A stretch of 40,062 nt of DNA from a virus (lineage: Duplodnaviria > Caudoviricetes), in the IMG/VR virus record IMGVR_UViG_3300032216_000143, positions 1-40,062 of that record; one strand, 5' to 3'. The notes beneath the pieces are model-generated. The model was not told where the DNA came from. It was given only the letters and a program-made list of their open reading frames with translations, and did no database searches. Below are positions 1-10,400 of the stretch, one piece after another (position 1 is the stretch's first letter; each line of letters begins with the position of its first letter). Position numbers and translations under genes: made by a program.

Positions 1-291
1 AGCATTTTTAGAATTAGAACTTACTGCACGAACAACTTGGAGATTGTTACCGTATGCCAAGAAACTGGCTGCTGTAAAGAATGATGTTGCAGTGTTGCCC
101 TGTTGAGCGTTTGCTGATGGTTCACCGAAAAAACTAACTAATTCTGTCTCGTGCGTCACGAGTTTTACTTTTCCTGCTGGACCCCATGTGAAGTCTCCAG
201 CAAATGCACCGGCTGTAGTTGATACTGAAGGGACAACTGTGGTTAAGTCGATTTCAGAAACATTTACACCTGGAGATAATTGAAATGCCAT
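1..291 (-). CDS. gp18: Tail sheath protein (T4 gp18-like), 3' truncated by the window edge
   Basis: Not in the ORF track. Manual translation from ATG at 291 gives MAFQLSPGVNVSEIDLTTVVPSVSTTAGAFAGDFTWGPAGKVKLVTHETELVSFFGEP, the typical gp18 N-terminus (SPGV..EIDLT, F.WGP). AAGGAG SD just upstream; follows gp17 as in T4. Confidence 0.95.
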   Translation of the reverse strand, partial: MAFQLSPGVNVSEIDLTTVVPSVSTTAGAFAGDFTWGPAGKVKLVTHETELVSFFGEPSANAQQGNTATSFFTAASFLAYGNNLQVVRAVSSNSKNA

Positions 292-342
292 TTTATTCTC
301 CTTGTTTTATACTGATATAATTTGCAGTAATAATCTATGTTC

Positions 343-350
343 TATTTATC
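343..350 (-). promoter_or_regulatory. T4-like late promoter (GATAAATA) for gp18
   Basis: + strand tatttatc at 343-350, intergenic, about 50 nt upstream of the gp18 start; matches the T4 gp55 consensus TATAAATA except at position 1. Confidence 0.7.
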
Positions 351-374
351 AAACACTAGATTTGTAGATATCCT

Positions 375-2033
375 CTAGAAAACATTCTGCATTTTACCGT
401 ATTCTTCGTTGGTTAACCATACATCGCCACCTTCTTGGATGTATGGAACATCAAGTCCGTCATCAAAGATTCCAAACGATGGGACTTCATCATTAGACTG
501 ATTTAACATTTCCAACTGCATTTGCTTTCTCAAATCATGATTCACAATCTCTCTAAAGAAATTCTGAGTTGAAAGCCACGCGAAAAGAACAAGAGTCATC
601 ACTAAGTCATCATTCGCAGTCTCTTCTGCTTTAAATGTGTTGTTGACAGAAACGAAAGTAGTGAGTTGAGATATCGTGTCAAAGTCATGCACTAATAACT
701 TATCTGATTCTATTAGTGTCTTTAGATTAGAACATCCAATTCTTTTGACAAGGGGTGACATCCGAACGCCGAGTTGAGTGCCTCGATCAAATCCGGCAGA
801 CACTGCCTGTGCTTTTTTATTACCAGTTGCAACTTTCATCAGATTCTCATACTCCAAATCTTGATGAAGAATGTCTGCAATTTGAGGAGTATTATTTATC
901 TCAACCAACACATATGCATCATTGTATAGTCGTGCCGTATTATAAATGATGGTTGGATATAACATTGGTGATATAATCGAACTATTATATTTTGCCACCT
1001 GTTTATAGGGCATCGTAGAAACATCAAATACAGAGAATGCAGATGCGTCTAGATTACGTCCTTCTGAGACATCAACTGTAATTGCATAGATGTGATCTTT
1101 GTTGACTTCATCATCACCTTTAATTGGATACTCATAGATATCTAGATTCTCATGTTTTGTAATTGGATCATTATACACGAGCATGCCAAGTTTAGAACCA
1201 GAGATTAATGTGTTTGTTGAACCTAAAAATTCTGTCTCAAACTCTTGCCTAAACTGTTCGATTGATGTATTCTTGATTGTCTCTTCTTTCCACTTCTCAT
1301 CTCGACCAGGCACCATCGACCAGTGAATCTCGAATGTCTTGTATCCGTTTCGTTTATTGATAGCATCAACCCATAACTTGTAGAACAAGTTCATACCATT
1401 AGGAGTAGAAACAATAATAATCTTTGTCGTTTTACCAGATGAGATAACTGGATAAACTGAGTTGAAGAACTCGTGCGCTATGTTTGCAGGAACGAATGCA
1501 AACTCATCTAAGAACACTACGTTGAATGATCCTCCACGAACTGCCGATGATGACGTAGATGCAGCAATGATCTTAGAACCATTCTCTAGTTCTACGTTAC
1601 CTTTGTTCCATGTGATAACGCCTTGTTGCATCCACATAGGTAGATTTTCATATGCAAGTTGATACTTTGAAAGAATATCTCGTGCAAGAGATCCTTTGTT
1701 AGCAAGAACAGCAATGTTCTGTGAGTGTTCAAATAGAGTTAGCCAAAGCAGATATGCAACAGATGTTGTTGTCTTACCAACCTGACGAGGACATTTAGTT
1801 ATGACGAATCGATTCTCATGAAATGTTTTAATCATTTCTTTCTGAAAACCCCACATATCAAAGTTCATCAAACCTTTATCGACGTTGACAATTTTGATAT
1901 ATTTTGATGCAAAGTACACTGGATCTTTAGAACATTTGATGTACTCTTCTACTTGATCTTCAGTATAAGATAGTTCTACACCCGCACGTTTAAGTAATGG
2001 ATTATCACGGTACGAATCTTTATTAATCGTCAT
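375..2033 (-). CDS. gp17: Terminase large subunit (T4 gp17-like)
   Basis: 552 aa; Walker A PRQVGKTT, Walker B VVFLDEFAF, STPNG coupling motif, FRQEFE, nuclease-domain VDVSEG and DDLVM. No intron or intein apparent. Confidence 0.98.
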   Translation of the reverse strand: MTINKDSYRDNPLLKRAGVELSYTEDQVEEYIKCSKDPVYFASKYIKIVNVDKGLMNFDMWGFQKEMIKTFHENRFVITKCPRQVGKTTTSVAYLLWLTLFEHSQNIAVLANKGSLARDILSKYQLAYENLPMWMQQGVITWNKGNVELENGSKIIAASTSSSAVRGGSFNVVFLDEFAFVPANIAHEFFNSVYPVISSGKTTKIIIVSTPNGMNLFYKLWVDAINKRNGYKTFEIHWSMVPGRDEKWKEETIKNTSIEQFRQEFETEFLGSTNTLISGSKLGMLVYNDPITKHENLDIYEYPIKGDDEVNKDHIYAITVDVSEGRNLDASAFSVFDVSTMPYKQVAKYNSSIISPMLYPTIIYNTARLYNDAYVLVEINNTPQIADILHQDLEYENLMKVATGNKKAQAVSAGFDRGTQLGVRMSPLVKRIGCSNLKTLIESDKLLVHDFDTISQLTTFVSVNNTFKAEETANDDLVMTLVLFAWLSTQNFFREIVNHDLRKQMQLEMLNQSNDEVPSFGIFDDGLDVPYIQEGGDVWLTNEEYGKMQNVF

Positions 2034-2457
2034 TACTTCTCTTTAACAATTTGGATAATTCTGATGTTGATCCAACAAAGATTGCTTTGTCAACTGTGAC
2101 ACTTGATTCTTTGTTCTTTAGACCTTTTAATTCACGAAATGATTTCTGTAGGTTCATCAACTTCTCATTCGCTTCTGCTGTATTTTTAATCAGCGTTGCA
2201 ACAACTTCAAATGCACGAGGATGTTCAGTCTCAGATGCAATTGCTAATAGATGATCTATGGCATCGTTGCCTTTTCTTACAAGAGACTGAAGTGTTTTTC
2301 TTGAGTCGGCATAGTCTTTCTCAAGTTCTGATTCCAGATCTTTTGAGATAGATGCAATCTCGACGATATCTTTGGGTGTTTCTTTTTGCACAACTGGTGT
2401 CTTGATAGTGGGTGCAACATCAAAGATTTCTTCCATAGATTTTTCAAATTTAGACAT
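2023..2457 (-). CDS. gp16: Terminase small subunit (T4 gp16-like)
   Basis: 144 aa; DY..SR..L, HPRAFEVVATLIK and AIFVGSTSEL motifs typical of gp16 in T4-like phages; overlaps the gp17 start. Confidence 0.93.
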   Translation of the reverse strand: MSKFEKSMEEIFDVAPTIKTPVVQKETPKDIVEIASISKDLESELEKDYADSRKTLQSLVRKGNDAIDHLLAIASETEHPRAFEVVATLIKNTAEANEKLMNLQKSFRELKGLKNKESSVTVDKAIFVGSTSELSKLLKRSNDD

Positions 2458-2460
2458 AAC

Positions 2461-3162
2461 TTAATAACCAAATCTTGTTTTATATGTAGCATGTAATGAT
2501 TGAATATCGGCAAGAGATAACAAACCATTATATACTTTGACAAATCCAATATTGCCTGATTGAACTTCAGTTCCTGCTGCCCGGCTGAATAATCTTAATT
2601 GATTAAATCCACCACCGCCAGCATTCGACACAGAATAAGCAGCACCGCCTGGTGCAGTATTTGTTGCTGTGTAAAGTTTACCCGTACTTGTAGTAGTATC
2701 CCACGTAGCACAATCTAAATGCCAAACTGTATCTGCGCCAGATGATGGTAGATTAACCGAAAAGTTTGGATAGAAAGTATTTGGAAATCCATTATACGCA
2801 CCCATCAACCAATCTTTCGATGCTTCACTCTGAGTGTTTAATAATCTACCAGCAGATGTTGCAGATAGTTTATATGCGATGAATACAGAATAGCTTTGTC
2901 CGGTTACATAACTTGGACCACCGTAGATGTAGTCTGTACCAACGCTGTTTGATTTAGCGAATGATCCACCGTTCGCACTACTATATGAAATAGAAGATCC
3001 GGCGTTAGCAACAGTTAATGTAAATCCACTGACTAATGAACCATTAGTTGGTACAGCAGCAAAGTTAGCAGCATCTAAATCGTACACTAGAGTTGCTGAC
3101 AAAGCAGCAGCAACTCCAGATGATTTCACATTATTGGCAGCAATAGCCATCATAGCACTCAT
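2461..3162 (-). CDS. LamG/ConA-like lectin-fold protein with short hydrophobic N-terminal peptide (putative adhesin passenger)
   Basis: 233 aa; LVYDLDAAN...WHLDCATWD...GNIGFVKVYNGLLS..DI...KTRFGY fits the phage LamG-like type; ATG overlaps the upstream stop (TAATG). Confidence 0.7.
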   Translation of the reverse strand: MSAMMAIAANNVKSSGVAAALSATLVYDLDAANFAAVPTNGSLVSGFTLTVANAGSSISYSSANGGSFAKSNSVGTDYIYGGPSYVTGQSYSVFIAYKLSATSAGRLLNTQSEASKDWLMGAYNGFPNTFYPNFSVNLPSSGADTVWHLDCATWDTTTSTGKLYTATNTAPGGAAYSVSNAGGGGFNQLRLFSRAAGTEVQSGNIGFVKVYNGLLSLADIQSLHATYKTRFGY

Positions 3163-4691
3163 TACACTACTCCAGTACCGTTAATCATCCATGTGTTTGC
3201 AGCGACTTGAATGAGTGTAGCCATACCGTATGTTGTTACGTTGCGGGATGCTGATACTGTGTTGCCTGCGAGATACATTGTGACGCCAGTGTTTGGAGTA
3301 ACAACAACGTTTGCACTTGATGTTGTTCTCGATACAATCATTATTGTAGTGCCGTTTGCAAACGAAGCATTCGATGACCAAGGAATGTACAAGTTAACAG
3401 CAGTCGCTTGTGTGTAGTATAAATGTTTACCAGCATCAGATGCTAGTAGAGTGTAGTTCGATGTCTGTGCATTTTGTGGAACAGTCTGTGCCGTTGTATT
3501 CGCTGCGTTGAATGCTGCGTTTGCTGTTGTGAATACGATTGCGATACTATTAATTTGTGGACCAGCATCTTGACCAGCAATTGTAATCTTGGGTGTAACG
3601 ATGTTTCCTGCAAAAGTTGCAGTGTTTCCAGAAATTCTTAGTCTGACGTTAGATGAATCTAGACCGCCAGTCGTAATGATAACGTCATTGTTAACAAGTC
3701 CTGTGCCGACGATTAGATTACCGCCTCTTGTGGATGTATTTCCCGTGACAAATAAGTAACCATCATTTGGTTTGATTAGACTATAACCTGGATAATTGTA
3801 TGTACTGCTTCCCATACCTAAATCTAGATATCCATCTAAAGAAGTTCCGTTGTCAGCAGTTATGAACAAATCGAACGATGAATTTGCTCCAGTATTAATA
3901 TTTTGCATATTAAGTCCGGAGTATCCATCATAATTCGAAGAAAATTGTGTAACAATCTGAGGTTCAACCAAATAACCAACCGGAATACCAGCATAAAATG
4001 CATTAAATCCGTTAGCTGTATATCCAAAGAATTGACCAGTGTTTCCTGATATCGCAAGAGATGTTACATTACCAACATATGTGACGTTGCCTTGAACGGT
4101 TAAGTTTTGTTGAATGGTTACGTTACCAGAAATCGTACCACCTGATGATGTAAATTTAGTATTAGCAGCGTCAAATGCAGCTTGAGCAGTATTGGATGCA
4201 GTGTTTGCTTTTGTGAATGCTGCTTGCGCAGTGTTAGATGCTAAGTTGATTGAAGTATTCTGTGATGTATTAATTGTAACAATAACGTTTGCTGAATTAT
4301 ATGCAGCATTGGCGTGAGAAAATGCAATGTTGCCTTGATTGTATGCAGATTGCGCTAATGTGTTTGCAGAGTTTGCTTGTGTAAAAGCTGATTGTGCAGT
4401 ATTAGATACTGTGTTAATCGATGCATTCTGTGATGCGTTAACTCCGTAAATGAAAGATATGTTAGCGGATGCAACGTTTGCAACATTGAATGATGCATTC
4501 GCATGAGTGAATACAAGATTCGATGAGTTTGCAACATACGATTCGGAAGTCATTCGAACGCCACCAGCAATACTGCCTGTGTGAACAGTAACAATATTGT
4601 TAGTTGTTTCAATAATTATTTCACCTGCAGCACCAGTTGTGTTTGCAACTACTGTGTTTGCATATCTTTTAAATTGAAGCGTTCTTGACAT
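3162..4691 (-). CDS. Fibre protein: Mtd_N-like N-terminus, Ala/Asn coiled coil, beta module, C-terminal DAGKH...TWxIxGxG domain
   Basis: 509 aa; N-terminal LQFKR...TGAAGEIIIET...VHTGSIAGG resembles the major tropism determinant N-terminal domain; AFxxAN heptad-like repeats; C-terminal domain paralogous to those of 21348..22232 and 30918..31763. Confidence 0.7.
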   Translation of the reverse strand: MSRTLQFKRYANTVVANTTGAAGEIIIETTNNIVTVHTGSIAGGVRMTSESYVANSSNLVFTHANASFNVANVASANISFIYGVNASQNASINTVSNTAQSAFTQANSANTLAQSAYNQGNIAFSHANAAYNSANVIVTINTSQNTSINLASNTAQAAFTKANTASNTAQAAFDAANTKFTSSGGTISGNVTIQQNLTVQGNVTYVGNVTSLAISGNTGQFFGYTANGFNAFYAGIPVGYLVEPQIVTQFSSNYDGYSGLNMQNINTGANSSFDLFITADNGTSLDGYLDLGMGSSTYNYPGYSLIKPNDGYLFVTGNTSTRGGNLIVGTGLVNNDVIITTGGLDSSNVRLRISGNTATFAGNIVTPKITIAGQDAGPQINSIAIVFTTANAAFNAANTTAQTVPQNAQTSNYTLLASDAGKHLYYTQATAVNLYIPWSSNASFANGTTIMIVSRTTSSANVVVTPNTGVTMYLAGNTVSASRNVTTYGMATLIQVAANTWMINGTGVV

Positions 4692-4702
4692 TTTAACTAC
4701 CT

Positions 4703-5797
4703 TTAATTAAGTAAGTCTATTACTTTTTCGTTTTCTATTTGTAGATCATCTGCACCCATCTCAAACGGTAAGTCGCCAGAGAAGTCAGTAGATGTTGTGA
4801 TCGTTTCTGGTAATTCTGGATATTCAAATATCTGTGTAGTATATGTATAATCATTATTACCAGTAGCATCTGTTGGCGTTGGAGTAATAATAGTCTGTAC
4901 AAGTTTGTTCGGTTTCAAGTCGATGTTTGATGGTGTCCAGTTTGCATCAGTTGACATTCCAATCAGAGGTGTTCCTGACACAAAATGTCCATGAGTGAAT
5001 CCAATTTCTAATAGATGAGATTCGTTATTCCAATGGATCACAGTGCCTGTTGCAGTTGCAGTGTCTAGTGAGTATCCCTGGTATACTTTTTCGCCATATT
5101 TGTACTTACCGAAACCACCATCTGCCATTGTCATAATTATATTTCTATCAGTCAGAGTATTATCATCATAGATATTTGTGATTGCTGCACGAATGATCTT
5201 AGGTTCACGAATCGCACCATAGATATATGCTTTGACTGTAAAGTTTAGAGTCCAAATAACAGTTCTAATCTTATTGTTATAGTCGCCTTCATACTCGATA
5301 TCATGTGACATACTTTTGTATATGATAGGCACTTCTTTAATTAAACCTAACTCTTCGACTAGATTCACATTGATCGTATAGTCTGGAGTAAAATAAGGCA
5401 TGATCTTCTCAATAATCTGCGCCGAGTCTTCAAAGTTGCGAACATAAAGATACAGTGAAAAATCAAAGTCAAATGGTACTGGATTGTAAACTGATAGTGT
5501 TGTACCACCCTCAGAGTGTTTGTTTCTATAGTTTGTGTTTAACTTTCTTGACGAATCATAACTCATATCTGTCATTTCATACGACAACATAGGCAACGTA
5601 ATCTGAACTTTCTTATCGAGTAACGGATCACTCTCTAGTCTAGAAACATACTTCTCTTTTGGACCATATATAATTGGCACTAAAAAGTTCTCAAACTCGA
5701 CACCAGTTTCTGTGTATCGTGTGAGTTTAATTTGATTAAAGAAATCGCCAAATGCTACGATTATCTTTCTGATAGTTTTATGATATGAATAACTCAT
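4703..5797 (-). CDS. gp15: Tail sheath stabilizer / tail terminator (T4 gp15-like) with C-terminal extension
   Basis: 364 aa; YHKTIRKIIVAFG..FN.I, VPI.YGPKEK, LP..SYE, PVP, QIIE.I.PYF.P and WTL.FT.K motifs. Confidence 0.95.
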   Translation of the reverse strand: MSYSYHKTIRKIIVAFGDFFNQIKLTRYTETGVEFENFLVPIIYGPKEKYVSRLESDPLLDKKVQITLPMLSYEMTDMSYDSSRKLNTNYRNKHSEGGTTLSVYNPVPFDFDFSLYLYVRNFEDSAQIIEKIMPYFTPDYTINVNLVEELGLIKEVPIIYKSMSHDIEYEGDYNNKIRTVIWTLNFTVKAYIYGAIREPKIIRAAITNIYDDNTLTDRNIIMTMADGGFGKYKYGEKVYQGYSLDTATATGTVIHWNNESHLLEIGFTHGHFVSGTPLIGMSTDANWTPSNIDLKPNKLVQTIITPTPTDATGNNDYTYTTQIFEYPELPETITTSTDFSGDLPFEMGADDLQIENEKVIDLLN

Positions 5798-6672
5798 TAT
5801 AATCTACCAAAAGGATTGATTTCTATCGTATCATCGACGTAATTAGTCGCTTCAACTTGAATGACTTTGTTGTCGTACATTTCTCTTTCTTGTGGATCAA
5901 CTAATTCATCCGCTGACGATGTTGTGATGTGGAACGCATTCGACGTATTACCACGAATATACATTCCAGAACCAAATGTGCCTACTAGATCTGTAATCTT
6001 AATTACGCCTTCGTTTACGTCCCAATATGTGCATAGACCAAATGCAGTGTTAGATGAATTGTGGACGAATTCACCAATCAAATAGTTTCCATTACCAGAT
6101 GCAGTATTGACATTCATAGAGATTGTGTAAGAGTCCTGAACAACGATATCGTCAATACGTGGTACGCCAACATCGATTGTCTCTTGTGAATATTTGTATT
6201 TCTCTAATTCTAATTTATAGAAATATGGATACTTGTTACCGAGCACATAGAATGCATCAGTGTAGTTGACATATTTGATCTCATACATTTCACCAGTCTG
6301 AGACATGAATGGAATGTAGATTAGATCACCTTCTCGTGGACGCGCATATGTTTCTCGTGGCACCCATCGAGTAAACGATCTCTTAGAGATAATGACTGAC
6401 ATATTGTTACGAATTTCGAGACCAAACTTAGAGAAAAACTCACGTTCGCCTTCATATCCATCTACGTTTGTGATGTACAATTCTAATGGATATGCAGCAG
6501 TAAACTCTTTGAGTGGATCTTCACCGTAGATTAGATCTCGTGCTTGATCATTAGTGTTAGGAATATAATAACAGTCCACGCCATAAATCTTGATGGACTC
6601 AACCATCAAATCTTCGATGAGTCTTTGCTCAGGATTTGATCCGTAATTATTAAAATAGACGTTCGTTGGCAT
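5797..6672 (-). CDS. gp14: Neck protein (T4 gp14-like)
   Basis: 291 aa; EQ.LIEDL..ESIKIYG.D.YY.P, FSKFGLE, RPREGDLIY.P and a C-terminal NPFG. Confidence 0.95.
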   Translation of the reverse strand: MPTNVYFNNYGSNPEQRLIEDLMVESIKIYGVDCYYIPNTNDQARDLIYGEDPLKEFTAAYPLELYITNVDGYEGEREFFSKFGLEIRNNMSVIISKRSFTRWVPRETYARPREGDLIYIPFMSQTGEMYEIKYVNYTDAFYVLGNKYPYFYKLELEKYKYSQETIDVGVPRIDDIVVQDSYTISMNVNTASGNGNYLIGEFVHNSSNTAFGLCTYWDVNEGVIKITDLVGTFGSGMYIRGNTSNAFHITTSSADELVDPQEREMYDNKVIQVEATNYVDDTIEINPFGRL

Positions 6673-6673
6673 A

Positions 6674-7453
6674 TTAGTTCAGGTAGAAGTCAACAGGTAA
6701 CGAATAAGAATCAAGCATTTCTTGTTCTAACTTTGTGATCTCTTCAGATGCTTCATCAAAGATCTTATCGCCGTTCAACATTACACCACCAGGTAATTGA
6801 ACACCTTGAAACTTCTTTAAGTTTGCACCCCAATTACGTTTGATAAGTGCAGTTGCGTATTCTTTTAACCAACGATCATTCCACACAGAAACATAGTCTT
6901 CTGGTTTAACTAATGCATGACACTCTGCAATCACAACAGTTCCTGCGTTGACTGCTGTGCCCCAACCCCAATCACAGAATAGTTTATGCATATGGCGTTG
7001 GAATCGAATGGGCACTTCACCCGTAAACATCAACTCTAGAGATCTAAGGTGTTGCATCGTCAGTGTATAGTTAATGTATGATGCAGAAGTGAAGTCATAT
7101 AGTTCGTTCAATCTAAGTTGATATCTTAGATCAAACATATTGTTCTGTGCAATTGAATCAGAGATAGGGAATATTCTCGTAACACCAATGATATTAACAG
7201 ATGCGTTTGTCGTATCTCTTGTCACATCTGGTGACATATTGATGTATTTGTTTGTAATATCAGTAGCGTCTAATCTTTTGATGTAATATACTTTCTGAAG
7301 TGCATCAAAGTGATAGTCTTGCCAATACTGAAGTGCATCGTCGATTCTGTCCTCCACTTGATCATCATCAACGTTAATTTCAATAACAGGAAACCCCAGT
7401 CTTCTTAGACAATAAGATTTGAATAGATCTCTTGTAGATACTAATGTTGCCAT
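6674..7453 (-). CDS. gp13: Neck protein (T4 gp13-like)
   Basis: 259 aa; YCLRRLG.PVIEINVDDDQ..DRID.ALQY..DYHFD and WLKEYATALIK..WG.NL.KF.G.QLPGG..LNG motifs. Confidence 0.96.
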   Translation of the reverse strand: MATLVSTRDLFKSYCLRRLGFPVIEINVDDDQVEDRIDDALQYWQDYHFDALQKVYYIKRLDATDITNKYINMSPDVTRDTTNASVNIIGVTRIFPISDSIAQNNMFDLRYQLRLNELYDFTSASYINYTLTMQHLRSLELMFTGEVPIRFQRHMHKLFCDWGWGTAVNAGTVVIAECHALVKPEDYVSVWNDRWLKEYATALIKRNWGANLKKFQGVQLPGGVMLNGDKIFDEASEEITKLEQEMLDSYSLPVDFYLN

Positions 7454-7481
7454 GTTGCATTTCCGAAAATAGTTATTATAC

Positions 7482-7489
7482 TATTTATC
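7482..7489 (-). promoter_or_regulatory. T4-like late promoter (GATAAATA) for the gp13 operon
   Basis: Minus strand reads TAG-ATAAATA; the motif overlaps the stop codon of the upstream gene, about 30 nt before the gp13 ATG. Confidence 0.7.
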
Positions 7490-10400
7490 TACCAACTAAT
7501 TGTACCTGTACCAGCAGTAAACTTATACACCGTGTAACCAGATCGAGTGGTTGTATCGACAGTATATGTTAATCCAGAACTTACCGTGGATAGTGTTCCT
7601 ATAGATGATGGATAAGCGATGATCACTATGCCTGATCCACCAGTTCCACCTGTACCTACACCTCCCTGGAAACCGCCAGCACCACCACCAGTGTTTGTTA
7701 ATCCAGATCCTCCTGGCGATGGACCAACTGCTGCTGCACCACCGCCTGTTGAAAGTGTTCCTGCTCCAAGAGTTGTTTGTCCCCATCCACCGCCGCCGCC
7801 AGCATAGTATGTTGACACGCCAGAAATGCTTGATTGGATACCAATACCACCAGCGCCACCAGTTTGAGAACCAGCAGCAGCACCAACTGCTCCAGCACCG
7901 CCGCCACCGCCAGCAGCGCCGTTGCCGTCTTGTGCGAAGTTATTACCTCCAGCGTTTCCTTGTCCAGAAGTACCAGCACCTCCTGCTCTACTTTGTCCAC
8001 TTCCTCCATGTCCAGCGCCGCCACCAGAACCGCCAGAAGCACCGGCAGTTTGTCCAGCAGTAGACGTATAATATCCGCCTAACCCACCACCAATAGATGT
8101 TATAATACTAAAAACAGAATTTGAACCGTTGCTGCCGCCTGTCGGTGCAATAGATGTGCCATTACTACCACTACCTCCTGGTCCACCAGCACCAACTGTT
8201 ACGATGTATTGAGTGCCTTGATTGATTATGAATGTTGAAGATGTTTGATATCCACCGCCACCACCACCGCCACTGAACGCACCGCCACCACCAGCAACAA
8301 CAAGATATTCAACAGTTCGAATAGGTCCTAGTAAAGCACGGCCAGAAGATCCAAAAGGTAAAGTTGGTGCAGAAAAGTTTGAAGTGTATCTGCCGATTTT
8401 AGATAATCTAAAATCTTGAATGAAACCGTTAAATACATAACCAGCAGATAATGGAACATTAGAATCTGAACCAATTGCTGGACGATTTGCTCCAGAAGAT
8501 AGATTATTTGAATCTGCGTATGTTGATCCAGTTTGAGTTCCATTTATGAATAATCTACTGCTTCCTGACGATCTACACAATGCAACATGATACCATACGC
8601 CTAAACTTAAATTTGAACCGGCTGTTATAACTGTTGTAGCAGCAGTTTGATATGTCAATGTGCCTACGTTACTCATTCCAAGAACTAAGTATCCTGAAGT
8701 CGATGCTGTGCCTGCAGGTCGAGTGTCGTATAAGGTGCCTAACGATGCAGAATATGCGTTCACAAAAACCCACATTTCAATTGTGAAATCTCCAGTGCCA
8801 AACGTAAACGGAGGATTAGCGGCAGGACCGGGAACGTAAAGATAATCTGTACTACCATTAAATCTCATGCTTGTGATTGATGGAAACTTAGATGGAGTAT
8901 TACCAACTTGTGAACTACCAATAGTGACTACATCATTTTGAGTTGATGTATCATAGATAGCAGTATTATTAAAATTAGTTAATAGAACAGTTTGTGATTT
9001 ACCAAAACTTGTATTCACGTTAGCAGTGTTTGCATAACTCGATGCACTAGTTTGTCCATCGAACGTTAATGGTGCCAACGTTGGTGGAGTAAATGTACCT
9101 GTGTAAACTGCTGTTCCTATAACGAATCTAAAATTGCTGATATAACCGTTGAAATAAGGTCCAGGAGAAGCAGTATCCCATCGACGACCTATGTAAAAAC
9201 CCGCTTGACTAACGACTTGCCATGCTGCAACTGATGCTGTTGCAATCGAGACTCCGTTTGCATATATTGTTGCAGTGGATCCAGTGTAAACACATGCAAT
9301 GTGATACCAAGTATTGAGTGATAAACTTGTTGAAGATTGGACGGTTGTTCCCCACGCTGACCCAGTAAAGAATCCAAACCAAGGAGTAGCACTAACTGTG
9401 CCTCCATTTCCAGATCCCATTCCCATCACGAATGGTATTGGTCCACTACCTGCATATGCACTTGATGCAATCGTCACGGAACTGAAAGTTGAGAAATATA
9501 CCCACGCTTCCATCGTGAACGGAGTTGTTGATGTGGGCAACGCAAAAGTTTGACTTGTTGATACTGAATCCGAACTACCATTAAAGTACCCGCTTCCACC
9601 ATACAGTGATGGACTATACGCCTTAGAAGGAATCGGTTGAAAGTTTTGAACTTTAGGTGTTCCAGTTAACGTAACAGATGCATTGTTCACACTATTATCT
9701 ACAAATCTATTACTCTGAGAAGTGAGTAATGAAGTACCAGATATTGCTGTTAGAACATCTGGTGGCGTAAATGTACTTGTATAAACTGCTGCATTATTAA
9801 CAATTCTAAGATTTGAAATGTATCCTGTATATTGATTGTATGTGCCACCATCTGCCACATGTCTACCAAGTTCAGTTCCTCTGTAACTTGTTCCAGAGTT
9901 TAAATTAAAACTAGCCGAGTATGTTACAGAACCGCCACCGTCTACACCATTAATATAAATTCTACACACATTTGATACATCTCTAACAAATGCTATATGA
10001 TTCCAAGTCCCAGTAGTTATCGTTTTAGTTGTTGTGACAACGTTTGGAAAAACGTTGAATGTTCCAGTTGATGCATTGAAATAAACTCTTCCATCTGTTC
10101 CTATATTTAAAAACCATCCACAGTTTTGTCCAATATTCCAGTTAGCATTATCAATAATAATAGGACTAGTAGAAAACGAAGAACAATTAATCCACATTTC
10201 AACAGTACAAGGACCAGTTGTTAGATAACTGTTTATTCCAAAGTTTACATAAGAACTGCCGTCTAAGTAGTTACTCCAACTTCCATTTGGTAGATACGGA
10301 GTGAAAGATCCTTGTGTTGGAGTTCCATTTCGAGTTAGTGTTAATGCATATGGACTACTATCGATAAAGACGTTATTATTAGCACCATCAGTAATAGATG

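Noticed and set aside
292-374. Rho-independent terminator or structured RNA between gp17 and gp18; tRNA or rRNA genes anywhere in the window
   Set aside because: No convincing GC-rich stem with a U-tract was found, and the intergenic spaces (all under 90 nt) show no tRNA-like sequence.
375-2033. Intron, intein or homing endonuclease in the terminase or neighbouring core genes
   Set aside because: gp17 is a continuous 552-aa frame of ordinary size, and the intergenic gaps are too short.
3162-4691. Many N-x-S/T sequons (about 21 by eye) suggesting glycosylated fibres
   Set aside because: The protein is very Asn/Ser/Thr-rich, so the count may be near chance, and no glycosyltransferase is in the window. 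A composition-shuffled test would be needed.
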